From: a virus
Lineage: Duplodnaviria > Caudoviricetes
Strand: one strand, 5' to 3'
IMG/VR virus record: IMGVR_UViG_3300010048_000364
Coordinates: 1-28,611 of that record
Length of the DNA stretch: 28,611 nucleotides
Of the stretch, positions 18,267 through 25,358 are shown one piece after another. Each line of letters starts with the position of its first letter. Positions within the stretch are counted from its first letter, which is position 1. Both the position numbers and the translations under genes were made by a program. The notes beneath the pieces were generated by a model. That model was not told the origin of the DNA. It saw only the letters and a program-made list of their open reading frames with translations, and did no database searches.

Positions 18267-18703
18267 AGGTCGACATTCTCAGCCCCATCGCGCGACGACC
18301 CGGTCGGCCGCGCGGTCGTGGCAGGGGCCCGGCCGCGCCGCGGCTCATCGTGCACGACACCAAGGCCGAAGCCTTTGAGGAACCCGAATACAATGTTGAT
18401 GAGCAACTCGACCGGCTGACCCGCAAGGTCATCATGCGGCTGCACCAGGAGATCGCCAATTACAGCGTGCCGCAGCTGCTGAGCGGGCTCCACAAGTGCC
18501 TGCAGGTTCGCGTGCTGATACAAACCCTGCGATTGAAGGGCGGTGGAGACACCAATGTCGGATCAGCAGTCGCCAAGTACAGCGCCGCGTTCTCGCCGAC
18601 CGATGACGCTGGTAACGGAAAGCGTGGTCGAGGACGCCCGGCCACCAACAGCGCCCACCACGACGACGACGCCGTCCTCAACTACATCACCGACGAGTGC
18701 TGA
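18185..18703 (+). CDS. AT-hook-like DNA-binding protein
   Basis: GGGAGAG SD; motifs RRPGRPRGRGRG and KRGRGRP flank a helical core. Confidence 0.65.
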   Translation: MAARRSNNGLDASYDAWANNNPRPLPVEVDILSPIARRPGRPRGRGRGPAAPRLIVHDTKAEAFEEPEYNVDEQLDRLTRKVIMRLHQEIANYSVPQLLSGLHKCLQVRVLIQTLRLKGGGDTNVGSAVAKYSAAFSPTDDAGNGKRGRGRPATNSAHHDDDAVLNYITDEC

Positions 18704-18926
18704 CGAGCTTATCAGCCGCGCGGCGTGGCGCGCGGGCATCATCGCCTCGCTGACGATTATCACCAAGATCCTGGCGGCACGCGCCATCCTCATGCTCGCG
18801 GTCCTGGGCGCGATCAGCCTCGCGGTCATGGCGCTGTTGCAGGGCGACTGGCCGCACCTCGCGGTGCTCGGCACTTACCTGGTCGGCGGCCTCCTGCCGC
18901 TGGTGTGGCTCGCGAGTCGTAGCTAG
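18603..18926 (+). CDS. Membrane protein, 2-3 TM helices (holin-like)
   Basis: Hydrophobic segments AGIIASLTIITKILAA, ILMLAVLGAISLAVMALL, LAVLGTYLVGGLLPLVWL. Start uncertain (18543-18603). Confidence 0.6.
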   Translation: MTLVTESVVEDARPPTAPTTTTTPSSTTSPTSADELISRAAWRAGIIASLTIITKILAARAILMLAVLGAISLAVMALLQGDWPHLAVLGTYLVGGLLPLVWLASRS

Positions 18927-19270
18927 ACGACCCTTAGAGGCGGCCGTGATTTGTCGCTGCTCTCGGGTTTAGCTTTTGGTGTGCGGTATACGAGCGGTGC
19001 TAATGCGGTCAACCGCCACAGAAATTCGCCTTGATCGGTATATTCACCTTCGACGCGTTCAACGTAACCAAGCTCAGTCAATCTCTGAATGGTGCTGCGG
19101 ACGTTATCGTATTGCCGAGGAAACTCGCGCGGCCTTGCCCCTCTGGGCGTCCTATGGATTAGCCGGGTCAGCATCATGATGCTCTGAGGAGGCAGGGCTT
19201 TAAGCAATCGGACAATCTCCATTTGCCGCTTTCCATGCCCGCCCCGAGCGGCTATGTTTTTTCGGTACAT
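18923..19270 (-). CDS. Winged-helix DNA-binding protein
   Basis: RQMEIVRLL...SIMMLTRLI...NVRSTIQRLTELGYVERV...LWRLT wHTH pattern; start uncertain. Confidence 0.6.
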   Translation of the reverse strand: MYRKNIAARGGHGKRQMEIVRLLKALPPQSIMMLTRLIHRTPRGARPREFPRQYDNVRSTIQRLTELGYVERVEGEYTDQGEFLWRLTALAPLVYRTPKAKPESSDKSRPPLRVV

Positions 19271-19284
19271 TTGCAGTACAAACT

Positions 19285-19310
19285 CCGTATTTGGCACCCG
19301 ATAAATACGG
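19285..19310. promoter_or_regulatory. Inverted repeat (operator-like) CCGTATTT-N10-AAATACGG
   Basis: Perfect 8-bp arms in the gap between divergent genes. Confidence 0.45.
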
Positions 19311-19341
19311 CAATCGTCCGGTATCTGTACAGGGGAAACCG

Positions 19342-19827
19342 ATGAGTGATCCACGCGACCGCGATCTCGTTTCAAGACTGAAAAGGATCATCGCCCAAAT
19401 TATCGACGCCCATCGCGATGACGACAAAATCAGTCCTGAGGAAATCGCCGCCGATGTGTTGGATGTGATTTCGCCAGCGATGATGCGGGAAGCTGCCGAT
19501 CTTGAAATCCGACAACTGTCGCGTGGAATGCTGCGGCGAGAATTCGATCCAGATCACGATGAGCGAGAACGGCGAAAGCGCGAACCGCTGTTCCCGGACT
19601 TTGTTCGAGTGCAGCGCCGCTACCCAGCTGCAGACGGCTCAGGATACATCAAGGTCGAGGTGCTTCCCGAGAAGGATTGGGCTTACAACGTTCGCAGATT
19701 GCGCCGCACTGGCAGCAGCATCATCGCGCACTCCGAAGACTTGAACGGATGGGGAAAGGCGTACCGCGATTGGACGCTTCCCGAAGATGATACTGGCGAA
19801 GAAGGGGTTGAGCCTGACATCGGGTAA
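19342..19827 (+). CDS. Hypothetical protein (161 aa)
   Basis: AGGGGA SD before ATG 19342; lower GC than the virion genes. Confidence 0.7.
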   Translation: MSDPRDRDLVSRLKRIIAQIIDAHRDDDKISPEEIAADVLDVISPAMMREAADLEIRQLSRGMLRREFDPDHDERERRKREPLFPDFVRVQRRYPAADGSGYIKVEVLPEKDWAYNVRRLRRTGSSIIAHSEDLNGWGKAYRDWTLPEDDTGEEGVEPDIG

Positions 19828-19936
19828 GTTGGGCTTGCATGGGATAGTTTATGGGTCAGATTTTCGGCCATCGGCGCTGGCTGTTGACATCATTCGTCTA
19901 ATCCGCCTTTCGGCGCGGATGTCCTCTCCTCACTCA

Positions 19937-20197
19937 TCACGGGTTGCCCTTTAGCTGGCGAATAGCCGCCGACCCTGCTTCGCAGGCTTCGTTCCATTGA
20001 TCGGCGTGCTCATGGCTGACGCCATAAGTATCGGGGTCGATGAGCATGTCCTCCATGACTTGAGCGCACCGCTCGATCATGTCGTCGAGTTCGATGAGCT
20101 TGTCGCGGATGGCGGTTAGCTCATCGCGCCGCACCAGAGTGAGGAACTCGTCGTTGTCAATCCAACGGGCGAGTTTCGGCATGATGTCGTCATTCAT
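19937..20197 (-). CDS. Hypothetical protein (86 aa)
   Basis: ATG 3 nt after a repeat copy that supplies the SD; MNDDIMPKLARW... Confidence 0.7.
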   Translation of the reverse strand: MNDDIMPKLARWIDNDEFLTLVRRDELTAIRDKLIELDDMIERCAQVMEDMLIDPDTYGVSHEHADQWNEACEAGSAAIRQLKGNP

Positions 20198-20381
20198 GCG
20201 CGGATGTCCTCTCCTCACCGAAACCGTGCGGGATAACCACGCCTTCAATGCTGCAAGGCAGCGTGGGATCGCGCACAAGACGATCTATCGCGGCTTCAAG
20301 TCGCACATCCTGTCGGCGACGTTCCGCCGGCCATAACCGCATGAACCGCTCCCATATGGAGCGCTGCCGCAATTCAATCAT
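20190..20381 (-). CDS. Hypothetical protein (63 aa)
   Basis: ATG 3 nt after a repeat copy; MIELRQRSIWERF...EERTSAHE. Confidence 0.65.
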   Translation of the reverse strand: MIELRQRSIWERFMRLWPAERRRQDVRLEAAIDRLVRDPTLPCSIEGVVIPHGFGEERTSAHE

Positions 20382-20398
20382 GCGCGGATGTCCTCTCC

Positions 20399-20674
20399 TC
20401 ACTCTCGCCAATGTTTTTCATTGCGGATGGCCGAGGCGATGGTCGCTGGCGGGAGTTGATCGAAATACTCAGCGATCCGCGCGCACCGCTCTCGTTCCTC
20501 TGCGCGAACGGCAGCAAATTGGCTCACCAAATCACCGGCAAATTCTGCGATCACCTCTGCACGAATGGTGTCGAGGGCAATAGCCACGCGAAGGATCGTT
20601 TCCCCCAATAGCCATTCGCCACCATCCAGAGCATCGCGCGCCAGTTCCATCGAGCGCGAGGATGGCTCACTCAT
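20399..20674 (-). CDS. Hypothetical protein (91 aa)
   Basis: ATG immediately after a repeat copy; contains AVRAEERERCARIAE...IASAIR, a motif frequent in phage accessory proteins. Confidence 0.7.
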   Translation of the reverse strand: MSEPSSRSMELARDALDGGEWLLGETILRVAIALDTIRAEVIAEFAGDLVSQFAAVRAEERERCARIAEYFDQLPPATIASAIRNEKHWRE

Positions 20675-21971
20675 CGGATGTCCTCTCCTCACTCTTTGCA
20701 GCAATTTCAATGCGCCCCAGAATCCAGCGCACGACCGGCACCGCCATGCTGTTGCCCAGCGCGCGGTAGCGCGGGCCATCGGCGGCCGGCTTGCCGCGCC
20801 AGGCGATCAGCGTGAAGTCGTCGGGGAAGCCCTGTAGGCGCTCGCATTCGCGCGGCGTCAATCGACGCACCGACATGGCTGATGCAACGTGCGGCGTGCG
20901 CTCTGTACTCTGCAAAGGATAGGACGGCAGATCAGCCGCAAACCGCGTGCGATCATAGGGCGAGGTGACCTTGTTCGGATTGAACGCGACCGCCGGATAG
21001 CCTTCGCCAGGTTTGCCGCCGCCGGTCGTCAGTTGCGCCGCAATCTCTGCTGTGCGCAGTTCGCCACGCTGGTTCTGGGCAAAGGCGACGGCGTGCTGGT
21101 CGCGCTTGGTGAGCGTAAACACGACGGCGAGCGGACCATCGGTCTTCAGCGGCTTGTTGAGGCTCCATTCCGGTTGTCGCGCGGTCGGGTCGAAGACAAA
21201 CGTGTCGTTGTCGAGATCGCCGCGCCAGCCGCCGTCGCCCTTCGCGCCCAGCGGGTTGGCGACTAGTGCATCGCACTCATTCTCGTTTCCAAGTCCGCGG
21301 TTGCGCCCAAGGCTTTCGCTAAGTGTCCCGGCAACTCCTTCCCCCGTCTCTCGGCCCGGCGCAGGATGCCGCTGCAAGCTCGCGGGCTCAAAAAGTACCG
21401 TTGCGGCAGCGGCCCATCCTCCAAGAGGTCCGACAACGAAGACGCGACGCCGTCGCTGGGGAACTCCGAAATGTTGAGCGTCAAGCGTCCGGTAGGCCCA
21501 CCCATACCCGCATTGCTCCACTGCCCCGACAAAGATGCCAAAGTCCCGTCCGCCTTCCGATGACAGGAGGCCGGGGACGTTCTCGAAAAGAAACCAGCGG
21601 GGGCGCAGTGCTGCAACCAAACGAAGGGCGACGAGGGCCAGGTTGCCGCGCGGATCGTCCAGCCCGGCGCGCTTTCCGGCGACGGAGAAGGATTGGCAGG
21701 GCGAGCCGAAGACGATGAGGTCCACAGGCTCAACTGTGCGGAAGTCGATTTTCGTGACGTCGCCAAGGTTGGGGACTCCTTGGAAGCGGGTTTTGTGGAC
21801 GGCAGCGGCGAACGGCTCGATCTCGGCGCACCAGCGCCAGTCGATCCACGGCGCGGCGATCTCCGGTGCGCCGATGCCGCTGAAGAGCGTGCCGCCCTTG
21901 AGCGAGGATGGCGTATCCGCGCTGTAATTCGACTTTTCAGCAGCTTGTGGCGGGATGCTATCTGTTCCCAC
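20667..21971 (-). CDS. C5-cytosine DNA methyltransferase
   Basis: Motifs LFSGIG (I), GSPCQSFS (IV), ENVPG (VI), PQRRRRVF (VIII), RRLTPRECERLQGFPD (IX), ALGNSMAVPV (X); AAGGAGG SD. Confidence 0.95.
   Translation of the reverse strand: MGTDSIPPQAAEKSNYSADTPSSLKGGTLFSGIGAPEIAAPWIDWRWCAEIEPFAAAVHKTRFQGVPNLGDVTKIDFRTVEPVDLIVFGSPCQSFSVAGKRAGLDDPRGNLALVALRLVAALRPRWFLFENVPGLLSSEGGRDFGIFVGAVEQCGYGWAYRTLDAQHFGVPQRRRRVFVVGPLGGWAAAATVLFEPASLQRHPAPGRETGEGVAGTLSESLGRNRGLGNENECDALVANPLGAKGDGGWRGDLDNDTFVFDPTARQPEWSLNKPLKTDGPLAVVFTLTKRDQHAVAFAQNQRGELRTAEIAAQLTTGGGKPGEGYPAVAFNPNKVTSPYDRTRFAADLPSYPLQSTERTPHVASAMSVRRLTPRECERLQGFPDDFTLIAWRGKPAADGPRYRALGNSMAVPVVRWILGRIEIAAKSEERTSDE
21263..21766 (-). CDS. Nested out-of-frame methyltransferase partner (M.EcoHK31I beta-like arrangement)
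   Basis: Alternative frame reads SSLSDLLEDGPLPQRYFLSPRACSGILRRAERRGKELP, a segment I recognise from ORFs overlapping phage C5-MTases. Start uncertain. Confidence 0.6.
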   Translation of the reverse strand: MATSRKSTSAQLSLWTSSSSARPANPSPSPESAPGWTIRAATWPSSPFVWLQHCAPAGFFSRTSPASCHRKADGTLASLSGQWSNAGMGGPTGRLTLNISEFPSDGVASSLSDLLEDGPLPQRYFLSPRACSGILRRAERRGKELPGHLAKALGATADLETRMSAMH

Positions 21972-22053
21972 GATTCGCCCCCTCCTTCAGCGGATCAGCA
22001 GCGTGACGAGCATTCCGGTGCAGGCCCCGCGAGCAGCATCAAGAGGTAATGGC

Positions 22054-22251
22054 TCACTCCGCGCTATTCCTGCTGACGACCGAGATGTAGGCGCGGCCGG
22101 ATTTGCCCTGGACGACAAGCTCGTTGAGTTGGCTGTCGAGCGATTGCACTGCGGTCGTCAGCGGCACCAGCACCTGGGTGATTTTCTCGATCGCCGCGGC
22201 GATGCGGACGAGGTGCTTCAACAGGATCTCGGTCTGCTGCTGCTCGGTCAT
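22054..22251 (-). CDS. Hypothetical coiled-coil protein (65 aa)
   Basis: GGAGG SD; packed in the operon. Confidence 0.65.
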   Translation of the reverse strand: MTEQQQTEILLKHLVRIAAAIEKITQVLVPLTTAVQSLDSQLNELVVQGKSGRAYISVVSRNSAE

Positions 22252-22252
22252 C

Positions 22253-22441
22253 TCACCCCTCCACCTTCATTTCCTCGCAGTGGTAGACCGGCATGAAGTG
22301 CCCGACCCCGCTCTTCTCGCCGGCGGCGGCATAGCGTGCCTGCGCCGCCTGGCATCCCGAGAGGGTGCTGTAGACCCCGAGATTCCGCCCGCCATCGACG
22401 CACAGCGCGGTCATCACCACGGCGAGCACAAAGACGCTCAT
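22253..22441 (-). CDS. Small protein with hydrophobic N-terminus and Cys residues
   Basis: MSVFVLAVVMTALC...CQAAQA...C; ATGA coupling. Confidence 0.6.
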   Translation of the reverse strand: MSVFVLAVVMTALCVDGGRNLGVYSTLSGCQAAQARYAAAGEKSGVGHFMPVYHCEEMKVEG

Positions 22442-23037
22442 GCGATGACCTGTCGAATCAGCGTTCTGCTTACAGAGAATTGCCGGGCAAGACCCCGTTG
22501 TGACACACCGTTTGCGGATGCCGCGCGAATTTCTAATCGCTGTTCTCTGGTGAGTTTTCTTGTTGGTTGCCGACGGTTTTTGCCTTGTTCATTCAATGGA
22601 AGCCAAACGCAGTTCCCTGGCTCATAATTTCCATCGTTGTTGATCCTTTCGATGGAATGTCCTGACGGCCTCGGCCCCATATCGGCGATGAAGTTTGCGA
22701 AAACGTGCCACCGTTCGCAAACCGTAATTCCGCGCCCGCCATAATTCTTGTAGCCAGCATCTTTCGTATTGGTACAGCGTTGAAGAAGATGGTTCCAAGC
22801 GCAGTATTCGGGCGAGCCACTCTGTCCGTGTGTGGTAATCAATTCGCGGCGCAGACAACCGCATGACAGAGTATTTCCGGTCACTAAGTTGACGGCCGTC
22901 ACGATTGTGTACCGGCCACAATCACAACGGCAGGACCATGCCGTATTGCGGCGCGGAACCCGGCTAGCGCGCTGATGTAGCGTCATAACTTGAAGCCGAC
23001 CAAATCGCAATCCGGTGATGTCACGCAGAGTTGCCAT
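22438..23037 (-). CDS. HNH homing-endonuclease-like protein with C-terminal HTH
   Basis: DITGLRFGRL, WSCRCDCG, SCGC, YGGRGITVCERW, SIERINNDGNYEPGNCVW; C-terminal SQRGLARQFSVSRTLI; lower GC than neighbours. Confidence 0.88.
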   Translation of the reverse strand: MATLRDITGLRFGRLQVMTLHQRASRVPRRNTAWSCRCDCGRYTIVTAVNLVTGNTLSCGCLRRELITTHGQSGSPEYCAWNHLLQRCTNTKDAGYKNYGGRGITVCERWHVFANFIADMGPRPSGHSIERINNDGNYEPGNCVWLPLNEQGKNRRQPTRKLTREQRLEIRAASANGVSQRGLARQFSVSRTLIRQVIA

Positions 23038-23668
23038 TCCACTTTTTCCAGATCATCTCGCACTTGCGGAAGTTCTCCTCCAAACGGTCGCAGAATCCTT
23101 CCAGCGTGCGTGCCATTGCACGGATGAACGCTTCATCGCGTCCCAAGCTAATATAGTAAGGGGGGGCATCGTGCCGATAGCTAAAAAAGTGGCATGAATC
23201 GCACTCGCTGACATAGAGTTGCCCCTGCACCTGCGTGTAGTAGTCCTCGCCGATGCCGTTGATCAGATGCTTGATCTGCGTGGTGATCTCGGGGGCCTTG
23301 ATTTCTACCAGTTCCAAAGTGTTGCCGACCTCGATGCGGCGGTCGGGCGAGGCGCCGAGGTGCCCGTCGTCGGTGGTAAAGAAGCCGCCGGGGAAGAGCA
23401 GAGTGTTAAGCTCTTTCCCGAGCTTTTCCGCCGCCTCGTCCTCACGCTCGACGCCGTAGCGCACCGCTGGAGTGTTGGGAACATCGCGCCCCACAGGTCG
23501 CCCGAAAAGCCGCTCGCCGATGAGTTCGGCCTCGTAAGTCTTGGCGCCCTCGGCCTTGAGCGCACCCTTGGCGTTGATGAAGCGGGAGAAGGCGGATGCG
23601 GTGGGCTTGCCGCGCCGCGCCTCGTACCACTTGTCCGAGCGGTGGATCAGGGGTTCAAATTTCATCAT
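23021..23668 (-). CDS. YqaJ / lambda-exonuclease family protein
   Basis: WYEARRGKPTAS, YGVEREDEA, LGASPD, VEIKAP, YYTQVQGQL; real start MMKFEP at 23668 with GGGGAGGG SD. Confidence 0.92.
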   Translation of the reverse strand: MMKFEPLIHRSDKWYEARRGKPTASAFSRFINAKGALKAEGAKTYEAELIGERLFGRPVGRDVPNTPAVRYGVEREDEAAEKLGKELNTLLFPGGFFTTDDGHLGASPDRRIEVGNTLELVEIKAPEITTQIKHLINGIGEDYYTQVQGQLYVSECDSCHFFSYRHDAPPYYISLGRDEAFIRAMARTLEGFCDRLEENFRKCEMIWKKWNGNSA

Positions 23669-23816
23669 CCCTCCCCTCGACCTCGACGCTGCCTTCGCCG
23701 CCGCAGGTGCGGCAGGTGTCCCACTGCAGATGCACACGGTCGTACTGGTCGCAGACTTCGCTGACGATGGTTGCCCCCTGGCCGCCGCAGGTCGGGCACT
23801 CTTCACTCTGGTTCAT
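23655..23816 (-). CDS. Stand-alone DnaJ-type zinc-finger mini-protein (53 aa)
   Basis: MNQSEECPTCGGQG...TCRTCGGEGSVEVEGRDDEI (two CxxCxGxG); fills the gap between erf and the exonuclease; not in the ORF track. Confidence 0.75.
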   Translation of the reverse strand: MNQSEECPTCGGQGATIVSEVCDQYDRVHLQWDTCRTCGGEGSVEVEGRDDEI

Positions 23817-24549
23817 GCTGTTCTTCTTCCTTCTTCTGTTTGTTTTGCTCGATGGTCGTCGTCAGCCAGCGGACGACGCGCTCGTAGTGGGAATCGGAAA
23901 TCTCATCGATCCGCGCGGCGTTGACCGCGTTCAGCATCTTGGTCAATCGCTCCTCATCGAGGTTTGCCTCGTCGGTGAGCTTGCGGATTTCGGCGGCGCG
24001 CTCCGAGGAAATCGGCAGGTCGATCGGGACTTGCGGTTGGCCGCCGCGCCCGTCGTCGTCCTTCTCTGCCGCGACCCCGAGCGCCGCCTTGAGCGTGTAG
24101 CGCTGTAGGTAGCTTACGGTGCTCCCGACCGACTGCACCGGGTTCTTGGCGCCCGTGGTGTCGGGCGGGGCGGTCAGCGAGGACTCTTCCGAATAGCCCC
24201 ATTTGTGGCTCAGGATGCAGGTGACCGTCACCGTACGGTCGGGATTGCTCTGGGTGCGCCAGCGATAGTGCAGCCCGTGATCCTTGAGCACTGGATCGAC
24301 CAGCTTGCAGATCTCGGCGAGGTCTTCGTATTTGTATTTTGGGCCCCGCCCCTGATCGACCGGGATGTTTTTGAGGATCGGCGGCAGCTCCACCCCGGCA
24401 AGCGCTTCCTCGAACGCCTGCTTCGCCCGGTGATGCTCCCAGCGTTCTTGCAGGCCCATCAGCTTCTCGATTACCTCGGGCGTGGCGTTCGCCGTCACGG
24501 CGCGGTCGAGGATGGTTACCGGCGTTAGTTCGCGCCTGTCGTCGCTCAT
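23803..24549 (-). CDS. erf: ERF-family single-strand annealing protein
   Basis: YKYEDL...PVLKDHGL...VTCILSH..G...Q.VGSTVSYLQRYTLKAALGV...DDDG; AAAGGAG SD; paired with the exonuclease. Confidence 0.93.
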   Translation of the reverse strand: MSDDRRELTPVTILDRAVTANATPEVIEKLMGLQERWEHHRAKQAFEEALAGVELPPILKNIPVDQGRGPKYKYEDLAEICKLVDPVLKDHGLHYRWRTQSNPDRTVTVTCILSHKWGYSEESSLTAPPDTTGAKNPVQSVGSTVSYLQRYTLKAALGVAAEKDDDGRGGQPQVPIDLPISSERAAEIRKLTDEANLDEERLTKMLNAVNAARIDEISDSHYERVVRWLTTTIEQNKQKKEEEQHEPE

Positions 24550-24574
24550 TGCTGTCTCCTTTCGCGGGGCATGA

Positions 24575-24612
24575 CTTGCGCCACGCCCCTAACGTAGACT
24601 ATCTATATAGAC
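24575..24612. promoter_or_regulatory. Divergent promoter/operator region between erf and the HTH gene
   Basis: AT-rich; palindrome TCTATATAGA at 24602-24611; TTGCGC at 24576; no SD before ATG 24613. Confidence 0.45.
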
Positions 24613-24930
24613 ATGACTACTCCAAATCATAGACCAGACCGAGGTCGCGCGGCGCGTGCGGCAGACCTCGTCGCCCTCCTCTGCGACCAGCTGCCGCTCG
24701 GCTCCCCGGCGCGGGCAACGGTCAAGGAACTGCAGCAACTCTTTCCCCAGCGCAGCAGTGAGATCCGCGATCTGCTCGAGCGCGTGCCCGGCGCAAGCTT
24801 AGCGAAGAAAGGGGAACGAATCGGCATCCCGAAAGGCACGGTGTGGGCGATCGCGCACGGTAAGTACATGCCAAGCCCCGATATTTTGGCGAAAATCAAG
24901 GCCGCGGCGGGAGATCAAGATGACCAGTGA
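24613..24930 (+). CDS. XRE/Cro-type HTH regulator
   Basis: C-terminal SLAKKGERIGIPKGTVWAIAHGKYMPSPDILAKI. Confidence 0.75.
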   Translation: MTTPNHRPDRGRAARAADLVALLCDQLPLGSPARATVKELQQLFPQRSSEIRDLLERVPGASLAKKGERIGIPKGTVWAIAHGKYMPSPDILAKIKAAAGDQDDQ

Positions 24931-25129
24931 ATTCTTAATGGACAACGGCGCGGGGGTTGTGACGCATCTGTGGCGCACCGCTGGCACGGGCCGCCGCTAC
25001 ATCTGGCGCGACGGTCCGCCGGGCGACCCCTACGCACTCCAGTTCGACGACGAGCGCGGCCGCCCGGTCGATGTCTTCGGTTTGCCGCTAGATGGAAAAT
25101 TTATCGAACCGTCAACAAAAAATACTTGA
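24920..25129 (+). CDS. Hypothetical protein (69 aa)
   Basis: GGGAG SD; overlaps the HTH gene stop. Confidence 0.55.
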   Translation: MTSEFLMDNGAGVVTHLWRTAGTGRRYIWRDGPPGDPYALQFDDERGRPVDVFGLPLDGKFIEPSTKNT

Positions 25130-25154
25130 CGGCCGCAGCGGGCGGGCTTACATG
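25126..25154 (+). promoter_or_regulatory. Putative sigma70 promoter TTGACG-N17-TACATG with A-rich upstream tract
   Basis: AACAAAAAATAC precedes TTGACG; SD and ATG (25185) follow. Confidence 0.5.
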
Positions 25155-25184
25155 AGGCTCCATTCCCCGCGAAGGAGACAAGAG

Positions 25185-25358
25185 ATGGACACCGGCCTCC
25201 CGGCTTTTGAAGAACTGCAGAGCGTGCTTTCGACCATGCAGTTCGAACTGACCCGACGCGAGTGGGTCGGTGATCTTTACCAACGCGCCGAGCGCGCTCG
25301 TAAATTCCGCGAGCAGTTGTGGGCTGCGATCGCCGCTTACTGCGACGAGTTCGCGTGA
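25185..25358 (+). CDS. Hypothetical protein (57 aa)
   Basis: AAGGAG SD; MDTGLPAFEELQ...; TGATG coupling. Confidence 0.7.
   Translation: MDTGLPAFEELQSVLSTMQFELTRREWVGDLYQRAERARKFREQLWAAIAAYCDEFA

Larger units (their letters stand above)
19916..20692 (-). repeat. Four exact 18-bp direct repeats GTGAGGAGAGGACATCCG at gene junctions
   Basis: Copies at 19916-19933, 20201-20218, 20385-20402 and 20675-20692 (CGGATGTCCTCTCCTCAC on +). Confidence 0.95.

Noticed and set aside
19890-19942. Hammerhead-like look on the - strand (GTGATGAG...CCGAAAGG)
   Set aside because: The core reads GUGAUGA rather than CUGAUGA and I could not build the three required stems.
19916-20692. 18-bp repeats as a CRISPR array
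   Set aside because: The repeat is short, the intervals are 166-272 nt, unequal and protein-coding, and no cas genes are present.
23669-23806. ORF-track N-terminal extension of the exonuclease (similar extensions at 7493, 8230, 15843, 17567, 20278, 20779, 25092, 26429)
   Set aside because: Better starts with SDs or stop/start overlaps lie downstream, and the extensions overlap other genes.
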